In this document: positions 27,961 to 40,871 of the stretch, in pieces
Layout: the number at the start of each line of letters is the position of its first letter
How positions within the stretch are numbered: the first letter of the stretch is position 1
Assembly: GCA_951406725.2 (NCBI GenBank)
Contig: OX597820.1
Location: forward strand, 48,174,001 to 48,238,000
Source: Octopus vulgaris
Taxonomy: Eukaryota
Length of the DNA: 64,000 bases
Direction: 5' to 3'
Notes under the pieces: generated by a model
Seen by the model: the letters and a program-made list of their open reading frames with translations, nothing else
Databases searched by the model: none
Told to the model about the DNA's origin: nothing
Made by a program: the position numbers and the translations under genes

Positions 27961-28527
27961 CTCTTATCTTCTCTTACCATTCCTCTGCTTAAACACAATC
28001 ACCCCCCTTGAACCCCTTTCATGTTCTTTGTACTTGCTTTTACTCACCTTCCACTTCTTCCGTTCTCTCCTGAAATTTTTAGCACAATAGTGTGAACTGC
28101 TATTTGGTGATTTTTCAGACTTGTCGAAGGATGCCAATATTACGGTAAGGTATATATATATATATTCTCTAATGGTTACCTATCCCTGAATTTTTGCTCA
28201 CTCCATCTGCCAAGTACGAACAGTATTACTTAATTCTGAGCTACCTGGAACAGTTCTCGGGTTTAAAATAATATCGTTACCGACTAACAACATTTATATC
28301 CTACTTAATGTGGATGTATTGTAAGAACGTCATAGCACTGAGGTATTCGTCTTGAGAGAGAAAGCCGTGCAGACGGTTAGTGCTTAAAAGCACAGAAAAA
28401 CATTACATGTAGTTGCGATATCAGTGCTTAATTACTAACTGTTTTTCTATATATCGTTGCAATAATAATAATAATAATTGTGTACAGTGCTCAGGTGCAC
28501 TACAACTCATCTAAAGTGTATATATAA

Positions 28528-31350
28528 TCAGGTGAAGTTTCGGCGGATTTCGGAAAGCATGAGGGCCTTAAAAGATGCAGTGTCATGGCAGTCAACAACT
28601 GACGCAGGCAGTTTATTCCATGCTTCAGCAACTCTGAGCGTGAAAAAATGTTTCCGAAAGTCATGGGAGCTGTATTGTTTTCTGACTTTGTAGGCATGTC
28701 CACGTGTGTTAGACACATGGAGATCAAAAAGGTGTTCAGTGTTGTTGTTGGTGAGGTGGTTGATAACTTTGTGGGTGTTTACCAAAGCCGTCGCCAAACG
28801 CCGGAGCTTCAGTGAATCCATGCCCAGGGAAACAAGGCGCTCAGAATATGGTAGGTGTCTGATGGAGGGTATGCGTTTGGTTGCACGTCTCTGGACAGAT
28901 TCCAGGAGGTCAATGTTCTGTGCAAGATAGGGGTTCCAAACTGATGATGCGAATTCCAAGTGTGGTCGTACCATAGCTGTATACAGTTTTAAATAGATGG
29001 CTGGAGAGCGGCTAACAAAAGACCTGCTGAGTGATGCCAAGACACCCTCGGCCTTCCTGACAATCTTAGAGATATGCTTTGACCAACGCAAATCACTGCT
29101 GACAGTGATGCCTAGGTCACGCTCGCAAGAGGATTTCTTGATATCAGTGTTGTGGAGGGAGTATGTGAACGCAGGGTTTTTTCTCCCAAAATGCATGGTG
29201 GTACACTTGTCCACAGCCAGTTTCAGTTGCCAGTCTGTGATCCATTGCTGCATTGTGTCTAGGTCTGATTGCAGGAAAGAGTTGTAGACATCAGGATCTG
29301 TCCTCTTGATTTCAAGGTACAGCTTGATGTCGTCTGCATATTTCAATACTGTGGCATTCCTTAAATTGGCATCTATGTCGTTAATGTATGCCACAAACAA
29401 GAGGGGGCCAAGGACAGATCCCTGTGGTACACCCGATGACATCTCATATGGTGTAGAGTGCTGTCCTAGAACTGTGACTACCTCCTTTCGGCTGAGGATG
29501 AAGGATTTCAACCAGTTAAAAAGGTCATCCCCCACACCCATTGCAGAGAGTTTCACCATAAGCCTTTTGTGTGGCACAGAGTTGAAAGCCTTAGCAATGT
29601 CAAGGTAGACAACATCCACCCATGAGCCACTGTCAGTAATCTGAGTAATGTCCTCAAGGAACTCGACAAGCTGGTCACTGCAGCTGGAGTTAGGGACAAA
29701 TCCATATTGTGAGGGTCGGATGAGACTGTGAGAGCTCCAGAAGTTCCAGAGTGTTTCTCTGACACACGATTCCATCAGTTTTGCAATACAGCTAGTGAGA
29801 CTGACTGGGCGATAGTTGACAGGTGATGTGCGGTCGCCCTTTTTGAACAGAGGAATGACACTGGCAGTTTTCCACTGCTCCGGAGTAGCACCATTGTTGA
29901 GACAGTACTGGAAGAAAATAGAAAGCTGGTGTAAAAGGAAGTGCCTGCCACGTTTGAGAAGCAGGTATGTAACTCCATCGAGACCAGGGGAGGCATAGTT
30001 GCGCTTATTTTGAAGGTGACGTCGCAGCATTGCAGGTGTAAATTCCATAGTTGTTATGGAGTTTGCTGTTAGTGATGGTGAAGATGGTACATTTTGACTT
30101 TCAACAGTGAATATGTTTGCATAGCACTCGGCAATGAGTTCTGCGCATTCCTTGGGGTCGTCAGTGATCTGGTTTGTGTGAGGGTTGTGAAGAGGGCCCA
30201 CTGGAGAGTGAGGTCTCTGCTTTGAGTGCACATATTTCCAGAAAACCTTGCTGTCAGGATTGGCTGCTATGCACTGTTCAAATTCAAGCACTGCTTTTTT
30301 TGTCACTTGCTTGAGATGGTTGGAGGATTTATTCCGCTTCTTCCTGTTGGTGTCTGATTTATGCAACCTGTATTCCCGTTCAGCAGTCCGACGTTCCCTC
30401 CTGGCAAGTCGGACCGCTGAAGTTTCCCAAATTGCCCTTTTGGGGCGGTTCTTCTTTTTTTGTTTACGTGGCACTGATGCTGCACATGCTGCCCATATTG
30501 AGTCCAGGATACTCTGGAGTATAGTATTCACATCTCCAGAGTTGTAGAATTCACGCCAGTTTGGGTGCTGTAGTTCAGTGTGGTACAGGTTCCAATCTGC
30601 TCTCTTCCAATCGAATGAAGCAGATTGGAGATGGTTCAGGTTTTTGTTGCCCGCAAGAGCCAGATTGGCGATGATCATAGCATGATCAGAGTCACCTAGA
30701 GGTTCCTCCGTAGTGCAATTGATAACCGCTTCAGGAGTTGTGGTGAAGAGCAGGTCCAAGGTGTTGTCGCCTCTTGTTGGAGAGGTGACTACTTGTGACC
30801 AGTTTGAGTCCAGCACAAGCTCAACAAAATCGTTTGCACTCTGTGGCCAATGGAAGTCTCCCAATCGATCTCAGGATGATTGAAATCGCCTGCAATAAAC
30901 ACATAAGTGGCTGTTTTCCTGGCAGCAGCTCGGAGGACATTGCAAAGCTGTGTGTCCCGATGGTAACTTGGGGACGATAAACAACGCCAAGCAGGAGTGT
31001 TGACATGGTCATACGCACGTCACAGAAAAAAACTTCTTCTTGTGATTCGTTCAAATCGGCACAAGGAATTACCAAAAAATTTGAACGAACGTAGACCATC
31101 ACACCACCACCACGGCGGTTAGTGCGGTCCTTACGGAAGAGGTTGTACCCCGTAATGTTGAAAACCCCATCACAGAGTAAGGAATGCGCCCATGTTTCCG
31201 TGACAGTGATGAAGTCAGGGTCAACACTTCTGACATAGGCGTTGAACAAATGTATTTTGTTGCATAAACTGCGAGCATTTAAGGACAACAATTTGTACCC
31301 TGCTCGCAGTTTATGATGGTGTGTAGAGGATGGCAGGTTGTTCTGGCTTA
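28528..31350 (-). pseudogene. ORF2: apurinic-type endonuclease plus reverse transcriptase, two frameshifts (~30970 and ~30845)
   Basis: NARSL, ITVTETW, RKDR..RRGGGV, VYRP; GDFNHPEIDW lies in a third frame; TRGDNTLDL, SDH, NYRPVSLT, GVPQGSVLGP, YADD, RDLG, TRGH..K, FF..RV...WN.LP. Confidence 0.93.
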
Positions 31351-32330
31351 GTTTCCCTGAGTTGCTGTAGTTTTTTTAGTTATTGTGGGTAGAGAGCACT
31401 CAGACCAGCTGGTATCTCTCTTCCACGTTTCAGCAGTCTTGACAAATCTCCAGATTTGTCCATCTTCCCGAAGACTGAAGCTTTCCTGTAGAGCTGAGTT
31501 CCTATTCAGGGAAGCCACTACACGTAGCTTTGGGCGTACATCGGACGGTAAGCCTGGGCGTGTTCGGAAGGTGGTCCGATTTTCCCGCCCAGCTTTAACT
31601 GAGGCCAGATGGTAAGAGGTTGCCTCAGTGGGGTCCGTAAAAGACAACTTGATGAGCCTAGGTTTTGGGCCAGGTCGTCCAAGGCGGATAGCACCCGTTG
31701 GGGGAACGCAGCCTAGGTCTTTGGCTGAGTTGGCAGCAAAAGCCTGAAGATTAGCCATGTCTTCTGGCACCCCAATGGCAATGACTTCATGGGTGGCAGA
31801 ATCCGCGGTCTTAAATGCGACAAGAGGTACAGGTACAGGGAGGTTCTTTAGCAGAGCATTCCGATAAGACCCCTCATTGTGGAGTCCAACCTGAATGGTT
31901 GCTTTTATTCCTGCTACTTCCCCTTTTAAAGCACAGATCGATTGTTGCAGTTCTGCAAGAACCGCACTGGTCAATTGGTGGTGTTGTTGTTGCTGCTGTT
32001 GCTCTGGTTGTGGTTGATTTTGTTGTTGCTGTTGTTGTTGTTGATGTTGTTGTTGCTGCTGCTCTGGTTGTGGTTGATTTTGTTGTTGCTGCTGCTCTGG
32101 TTGTGGTTGATTTTGTTGTTGCTGCTGCTGCTGCTCTAGTTGTTGCTGCTGCTGTTGTTGTTGCTGTTGTTGTTGCTGCTGCTCTGGTTGTGGTTGATTT
32201 TGTTGTTGCTGCAAGCGAAGATTAACACCAAAGGTAATAGCGGGTAGCTGCCGCTGATGAAGTGAAATCCTGATGAAATCGTGTGACTGAGCAGTTCTGT
32301 CACGCGTGGTGGAAAAATTTCCTCGGTCAC
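31348..32330 (-). CDS. LINE ORF1 (Q-rich repeat, coiled coil, RRM-like domain); true start uncertain
   Basis: Open frame to 32487; QNQPQPEQQQQ repeated 4 times, LQQSICALKGEV coiled-coil, VIAIGVPE and RLG..GPKPRLIKLSF motifs typical of CR1/L2 ORF1. Confidence 0.75.
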
Positions 32331-32412
32331 TTATTTTCTGTGCTTTCAAGCACCAAAGATCTACATAAGATGTTTTCTCAAACTGCTGTATGATGAGTAT
32401 AGCACGGGCCCA

Positions 32413-32455
32413 GTTTCGACGCATGTTACGACCCGTTCTGGGTCTCTTCAGGTAC
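32413..32455 (-). ncRNA. Minimal hammerhead motif, decayed
   Basis: CUGAAGA-GACCC-agaac-GGGUC-GUAAC-AUGC-GUC: perfect 5-bp stem II, GAAAC changed to GUAAC, stem I broken. Confidence 0.55.
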
Positions 32456-32794
32456 ATCAATAAAAATGGTCTTAGAAGTTTTCTCATTCGTTTTTACGTA
32501 CTGCTATATGTTCATCAACTTTGAGAATGAGTAAAAAAAGCAGGAAAATTGAAACGCCAAAAATTCAAATATGAACGTGAAAATTATACATTCTAGTTTA
32601 GAGAAAATGAGGTAATGAGCCTTCGGTGTTGAAAATGTTCAGAGAAAGAAAAGGATGTAGAAGTTGAAAGAAAGATAATACTTAGACGAAATTTTTTTGG
32701 TGCTCGTGCTTAAACGCACATATACATACGCGCTCATACACGCACATATATGGATGAATGCATACATACATACATACATACATACATACATACA

Positions 32795-32869
<75 letters not shown>

Positions 32870-33344
32870 CATATATGCAGGTACATATGCGTATATTTAC
32901 ATAAATATACGTATATAGCATAGATAAAGATGTGCATATATTCGTACGTAAAGCAAGGTACAGACGTCTCGGCAAAGTTTCACACACACACGTGTTAATA
33001 TACTCACGTATACACATAAGTACATATATACACGGATATACATATACAGATACACATACACACACATATATACATATAAACATACGCCTGCGTACACAAA
33101 TTCTCACTAATATATACATACACCTACGAAAAAAAGGAAATGCGCACATATAAATAGAATATAAGCGTGTATGTGTGTGTGTATGTGTATGTGTATGTAT
33201 GTGCGTGTGTTTGCGTGCGTACATATGTATATACATGCATATAGATCTCTACCTATGTGTATATACACACACACAAGCACGCACACGCATATATATATAT
33301 ATATAGACACATATACAATCACATATATACACATATACTTGCAC

Positions 33345-33411
<67 letters not shown>

Positions 33412-33604
33412 CATATATATGCATACATACGCACACATATATACATATACACATATATGGATCTAGACTGCAAGATCATATGTCAAATACAAGTTATTCA
33501 AATATGGTTCCTGAATTTCATGTAGCCATCTGGGTAATTGTTCAGTGAATTTATTTATAATGCGCTCCTTTGTTAACATTATCGATTATGCCAACTCGCC
33601 GACC

Positions 33605-33703
<99 letters not shown>

Positions 33704-34189
33704 GTGCGTGCACGCGTACGCGAGTGAGTGTATGTATATATATATAAATATATATATATAAATATATATAGGACATGCTTCTACAAAGATTCTGCTTACG
33801 AAATTCACTCGCAAGGCAATGGGTAGCTTGAAACTATAGTTGAAATCACTTGCCAGCTGTGCCACGCAGTAGGTCTGAATCCAAGACCACCTGAGTGCAA
33901 AGTGAGCGTTTTAACCAGACAACCATATATATCTAGATCTATTCATAAATACAAAATCCTACGTGTTTTTCCTAGCTTCCATAGCATTTAATAACTTCAA
34001 GTTCAAAACTCTTCTCTAAGCACATCCAGTTCTAGCTCGTTATTACTTTCTACCGAATGACCTGCAGAAACGTACGTAAATTGAAGTGTCTCGCTTAATA
34101 TACACAACACCCCATCCAACACTTAACAATGAGTGCAAGAAACAAAATTCAATTCGGGGCTACCAATTTTTCGAAGCGTATCATATTAT

Positions 34190-34790
34190 AGTAATATTGA
34201 TTTCAAAATTTTGCAGAAGGCCAGCACGTTCGAGTGAGGAGTCAAGATTACATCGACCCCATCCGACGCCGAAATGATGGAAAGCAAGATCAATCTCGGC
34301 AGAATCTGAACTCAGAACATAAATACAGACAAAATACCGCTATGCATTTTACTCGTCGTGTTAACTATTATGCCACCTCGCAGACCTATATCATAATATT
34401 ATTGATTTCAAATTTCTGGCACAGGGCCAGCACTTTTCAGGAAGGAGTAAGTCGATTACATCAAACCTATTAATCAACTGCTATTTATTTATCGACACAA
34501 AAGTGAAAAGGTATGGTCAACCACGACGGAATTTGAACTCAGAACGTGAAGACGGAAATGAAGGAAATGCTCGGCGTCCTAATCATTCTACCATCTTATT
34601 TCAATTTCGCCAAAGGTAGTGAGCTGGTAGAATCGTTACCGCGTCGATGAAAATACTTCACAGCGTTATTTTTTTCTAGCTCTTTACGTTCTGAGTTCAA
34701 TCCTTTTTGAGTTGATAAAATATAGTACCAGTTGCACCTCAGGGTCCACGAAGTTGTCAATCAAGCCCTCTCCCCCAAAGAATTTTTACA
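34190..34790. mobile_element. Cluster of three degenerate family B SINEs (two minus, one plus)
   Basis: Two tandem attgatttcaaa...gattacatc...gaactcagaac units, then ggtagtgagctggtagaatcgtta...ttacgttctgagttcaa on the plus strand. Confidence 0.7.
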
Positions 34791-36330
34791 ATATAACTAA
34801 TGATATACAAATTCTTATCACCAGCAAAAAAATTGGTATTAATGAAAAGCGTTATTATATTTAGTAGACAAATTTAGATTAAATGAAAAAAAATATATAC
34901 ACAGCTTGGATATTAGAGTTTCAGAGTAATTGTAGTCTTAGAAATTCTTCAGATGTTAGAACCCAGGGGCAAATATATACTGAATAATATTTAAATTATT
35001 TATCTGTGTTATTCATGAAAGAATCGCCCCCCGAAGGGTTCGGTAAGACATAGAGGCGGGGATAGTACAGAGGAGAAGTTCTTTTCATATGATGATAATA
35101 TTCTTCGGAATCAATGATAGAGTTTATTACACTTCTAGATGGCCATCAGAATAGAATATAAGCGTATATGTGTGTTTGCGAGTGTATGTGTGTGTGTGTG
35201 TGTGACTGCGTGCATATGTATACACATGAATATATATATCTGTATCTGTGTGTATACACACGCACACACACACACGAATACAAACATACGCGTAAACACA
35301 CACACATATGTCTCTAGTAATCTACCTTATCTATCTGCAGAAATGCGTGCTCAGCAATCTTTCTCAATCTGTCACTTTCCCGCGCCCTCTCTCTTTACCT
35401 CTCTCTGCTTCATTCTGTTTGTGTGTGTCTCTCCACTTCTCTCATCTTCTCTCTCTCCTCTGTATCTCCCCACATATATATATGTATATACATAGTGTAT
35501 AGATGCATACATATATATGTATGCATACATGTATGTATACTTGTGTATATATCTGTGTCTCTGTGTGTGTATATGAATTCCATATATAGACTATGTGTAG
35601 ATTTGGCATTCAAGTTACTGATGTCATGCTGATGAAAATATTATAAGCTGTTTTCTTTGATGTCAACCCTTGGGGAAAAAAAACACCCAAATGTCTATTA
35701 ATGATAGATTTATTGTACGAGATGGAAAGGGAACACAAGCCTACAATTTTAAAATAACAACAGGGGAAATATAACTAACGCAGGATTCAATCAACTTCTG
35801 CCAATGAAAAAAAAACAAAACAAAAATAAAACAAAGACGTTTATCTTTAGAGTTGTCCTTAATAAATACTTCTGGCCACCAACGGTGTTGCAGAGATTTA
35901 TGTTATCAAGTTGGACATTCTCTGGGAAAAGGCTACACGTAAGCAAATGCATCATGCCATGCGCTATGTGATCCGTTAGATTTTTCGTCACTTTGTCTAA
36001 GCATTTTAATTTTTTTCGTCTAAATCAGTAACTTTGTTTATGTGTTATGTGTTCATGGTCTGAGTGAGATTCGATGAAATGATTAAACAGGAGCATCCAC
36101 GCACTCACACACGCGCACACACTCAAATATGCATAATATACATATATAGAGTTGTGTATGTATACATGCTTGTAAATGTATATATAGATAGTTATATTGT
36201 GTGAATACGTACGTGTGTATGTGTGTATACGTGTGCGTGTGTGAGTGTGTGTATAATCCAAATAATAAGAAGACAAGTATATATATATTAAGAAATGGAG
36301 TCAACCGCTGGTGTTATTCAAATTTTAATA

Positions 36331-36420
36331 CTTCCGACATATGTTTCGAAGAAAGTATTGATATTATTCCAGAGGGAATAAAATGATGTAAAACAATGCA
36401 ATCATATCGTCAGGGGAAAG
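36331..36420 (-). ncRNA. Hammerhead motif with long stem II, slightly decayed
   Basis: CUUUCCC-CUGACGA-(~59 nt including uuauucc/ggaauaa)-GAAAC-AUAU-GUC-GGAAG. Like the 20371 copy, it lies ~45-55 nt from an aagaaatggag motif adjoining a (TA)n tract. Confidence 0.68.
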
Positions 36421-37719
36421 AAAGAAACTAAGCACATCACTAAGCCATTTTAACCGAATGTGATTACTGCGTATATGATAAAGGGGGACACTGGCAAGTT
36501 ATTTTAAAAAAAACGTTAATAGATTTAATGTCAAAAGTAATTTAGAGAAAGAGGAGGAGAAAGACAGAACATTATGAGTGGCGTAGGAGTGGCTGTGTGG
36601 TAAGTAGCTTGCTTATAAACCACATGGTTCCTGTTTCACATATCTATGTGTGTGTGTATTGTGTATGTATGTATATATATATATGCACACACGTCCTGAC
36701 CCACAAGGGCCACGACGTGAGTGTTTGAAGGGAGATAATTAATGGCAGATAGAAAATTTTATTAAATGTTAAATCTTGGAAAATTTAGCACGTGATTTTC
36801 AAATATCCTGGAAGGCAGTAGGTAATTTATTGTCATTGTTCTTCATGGATATTTCTAAAACATCATGTATACTTCATTTATACTTCTAAAATATTCCGTT
36901 TCAATATTCTGTCTACATTACTGTAAATTTCTATAAAGTCTGTATTACATTTCAGATTTTATATAGTTTAATGTTCATTCGTAATGCATGACACCTAAAT
37001 ATTTCATATCTTAGGCATATATAAAGGTGAATCAGTGAAAGAAGAAAATGTTTTGCATCTTCAATTGCATACTAAGTTATGTGCTAAATATTAAGATGTA
37101 ACTTTTCAATGAAATATTTTAGTAACGTAGATACAACTATGACAGGTCCTGCACAATATTACAGACACTCGATATTTTTGTACAACATTCCATGAAGCTT
37201 GTCGCCAGCAGAGATTCTTTTGAAACATGATGCAGAACCTTACGCCGGAAGAGGCTGCACTCATGCATTCTCTAAGCACCACGAGGAGCCAATTTTCAAT
37301 CAATATCAGTTCTTGTCCTCTAACCTGTCCACATAGCAATTAGCATACTTGCCAGGATAACATGACAAGAGATATCTTTGCATTTGCTCTTCTAATATCA
37401 AGTACCTGAAGAGTAAAATATCCCACATCTCGAAGTTACACTTCTACTCCCAACTAAGCATTGATCATTTTTGAAAATTCTATTTTTAGAACATTTTCGG
37501 GCCTCAAGTAACGTTGGGGGACTCGACCACTATTCATACATAGATATGTATTTGTATATATGTATATTTATACGTATGCAGTATGTATGTATGTATGTAT
37601 GTATGTATGTATGTATGTATGTATGTATGTATGTATGTATGTATGTATGTATGTATGTATATATACAACTTCATACATATATTTCTTGTCTAATACTCAG
37701 TGTTTGTGCGCATAATATA

Positions 37720-37947
37720 TATTTCTTTACTACCCACAAGGGGCTAAACACAGAGGGGACAAACAAGGACAGAAAAACGGATTATGTCGATTATATCGAT
37801 CCCAGTGCGTAACTGGTACTTAATTTATCGACCCTGAAAGGATGAACGGCAAAGTCGACCTCGGCGGAATTTGAACTCAGAAGGTAACGGCAGACGAAAT
37901 ACGGCTACGCATTTCACCCGGCGCGCTAACGTTTCTGCCAGCTCGCA
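37720..37947 (-). mobile_element. SINE family B (Nin-domain-like)
   Basis: Minus strand gcgagctggcagaaacgttagc...gagttcaaattccgccgaggtcgactttgccgttcatcctttcagggtcgataaa...cttgtgggtagtaaagaaat. Confidence 0.88.
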
Positions 37948-38794
37948 TAATATATGTGTTTTTGTACTTATGTATGTGTGAAGGGGAGTATGTAGGAGAG
38001 ACAGATTGAGAAAGAGAGAAAGGAGACCAAGTGACTTATTGGTGGCGTGTGACAGATAAAGAATATAACGTACATCATTGATTGCTAATTTGTCTTATCG
38101 CGATTTATTTGTCATAAAGTGGCATAACATAAATAACACCGATTTATAAACAGAAAAATGTAAAAAATAGACGTAGGCACAGACTAAAATATATACAGTA
38201 TTTGCAGGCGTATAAAACGCAATCCTGCATAAGATGCACACCTATTTTACAAGTATTATTGTGTGGAGAGATTAAATTTAGTAGGCTTCATGACACACTT
38301 ATTGAAAGGTTTTTAAAGAAGGGAAGATATACGCTCGCGAGCTTGTAAATAGAATAATGTGGCAGTATACTGAAATCATAAAATTATTCCTAAAACATAC
38401 ATAACGGGGTTATCGTATTTCCCCTTTATAGATAACTGTATAACTAGTTATACTCTGGTCAAGAGAATCACCGTACAGGTTGTAAAGGCCAGATATGGTT
38501 TTCATATCATCCACTCATTGCAAATATCTCATAAGCAGATGAAAATCTAACATTTCTTTCATCCTTTTAGGTGAGTTTTTCATTTAGATAATGACAAATA
38601 TTTCTTATGTAACACAGTCATAAAGTAATGTAATAATATGCGTATGAAGTGGCCGTTATGTATACTGATGAAGGTAGTATAATGAGATGGATACGACCTC
38701 TTTACAAAGCTGCCGATGTACTCTAAGAAACTATTAATATGTTTGCGCCATTAATCTGTTGTAATTCGGTTTCTTCTTATTGTCTTATTCATTT

Positions 38795-39002
38795 TACATT
38801 TTGGCACAAGGCCATCAAACCTGATGGAGGAGTAAGTTAATTTACATCGACCTCAGTTTTCAACTGGTATTTATTTTATCGATCCCGAAGACTGACAGAT
38901 AAAGTCGACCTCGCCGGAATCTGTACTCATTTCGTTAAAACCGACAAAATGCCGCTAAGCAATGTGCCCAGCGTGGTAACGATTCTGCCTTCTCGTCGCC
39001 TT
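38795..39002 (-). mobile_element. SINE family B, degenerate
   Basis: tacatcgacctcag...aactggta...aaagtcgacctcgccggaat...aacgattctgcc. Confidence 0.75.
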
Positions 39003-40238
39003 TTGCTGATTTCTTTTTAATAACACATTGTAACTAATGGATGTATGTCCATCCGCACCCCTAGTCTATGGTTCTTAGCTTCATATCCGTAATACTGCCA
39101 CATTAGACTGGTAAATTTTCGGGATACATTTAAAAAATAAACGAAGAACCTCTTATACACTAGTGATGTGTGTATGAATGTGCATGAATGCTTATGAGTG
39201 TGTACGTGTGTATATGAGTGCCCACTCCTTTCTGTCCAATTGTATACTGTTAGTATTGGTCAACACGTGGCTGTATTACAACTACTTACACATTTAGCCG
39301 CGTAAGAACCACTAACTGAAAATCACGCCTTCAGGAAGCGAACTTCTTAACCACCCAGCCATGCCTCCGAACAAGTATCTATATTTTTACATATGTGTGT
39401 ATTTGTGTGTCTGTGTGTATAGATATTAAGTACATGTTTGTATATGCGTTCCGAAAATGTTTGAAAGTGCTTGTTCATTAGACATATTCTCACATACACA
39501 AAATATGTTAATGTTTTGATAACGACTTTGAAGTAGCGATCAAGGAAAGCAAACTAACGCATTATCTTCAGCGCCATATTTATTTATATTTATATTTGTG
39601 TATTTATACATTATTAATATTTTACAACGTTCTGTTTTGTGTCTCCTTAGACTCGTTCCTACTTCAATGATGAAAAAATAATTTTTACTGGGTTTAGAAG
39701 TTGATAATGACTTATAATTGCTATTCAGATGAGTTGTTCCCTTCTTCCGCCATTACAGATTTACAAAGTATTTTGGCGGTCGATTTAACGGTTAATTTCT
39801 CATCAGTTAAGACAGTGCACGGGAAACGGGACAACATTGTGTATATAACAACATATACATATATACCTGCATATGTTCATACATATATACATACATGCAT
39901 ACATATATAAAAGTTACATACATATATATCCATGAGTTTCCATAAATATGTACATATATGTGTGTTTGTGTATGTGTTTGTGTATGTATTTGTGTCTATA
40001 CATTTGTACATAAATCTAAATAAATGTTCGTATATACATATACATGCGCACATACATACATATATTCACATACACACACACACAGACACACACAGACACG
40101 CATAGATATATACTGATATATATACTCATATGTATTCACACACACTCACACAGACACAAACACACGCTAAACAGGCACACACGCACAAAAGGACACAGAT
40201 AATTATATATGCCCTTGCGCGGTGGAGAGTATATGTAT

Positions 40239-40275
<37 letters not shown>

Positions 40276-40459
40276 GTGTGTGTGTGTATAGGGAACAGAT
40301 ATTATGAATATGTGATGGGACAGAGCAAGCATTTATCTTTTTTATGATACGTTCAAAATTTCAGATGAGTTTCTTGAAGTTTATTTAGAAAATAAATTAC
40401 AAATGTCATGAATAATGCTTCTAAGTTGTCATAAGTCTCACCCATCCATCTATCCATCC

Positions 40460-40500
<41 letters not shown>

Positions 40501-40589
40501 AAACCTTCAAAAGAAAAGCTCTACCTTGTAATTTGTTCTATCTGTGTGCAGCCCTGTGTGGCTAATAAAGAAACATATCTATCTATCTA

Positions 40590-40645
<56 letters not shown>

Positions 40646-40758
40646 CCTATCTATCTATCTGTCTATGTCTTTCTATCTGCCTGTTCGTCTGTCTGCCTAC
40701 CTGTCTGTCTCTTTCTCTGTCTACTAACATATCTATCTGACGTCTGACTGTCTGCCTT

Positions 40759-40871
<113 letters not shown>

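Larger units (their letters stand above)
28461..32330 (-). mobile_element. CR1-type LINE (ORF1 plus APE-RT ORF2), young and near intact; 5' boundary uncertain (32210-32330)
   Basis: Two-ORF layout, short 3' UTR and (ATT)n tail at 28461-28478; GC content clearly above the flanks. Confidence 0.92.

Noticed and set aside
28706-32225. Plus-strand ORFs overlapping the CR1 element
   Set aside because: Antisense shadows of the GC-richer LINE coding sequence, with no recognisable motifs.
38660-38720. CTGATGA followed by a hairpin, as a hammerhead
   Set aside because: No GAAA after the stem. CUGANGA hits at ~39564, ~39800, ~47741 and ~32254 were dropped for the same reason or for lack of stems.
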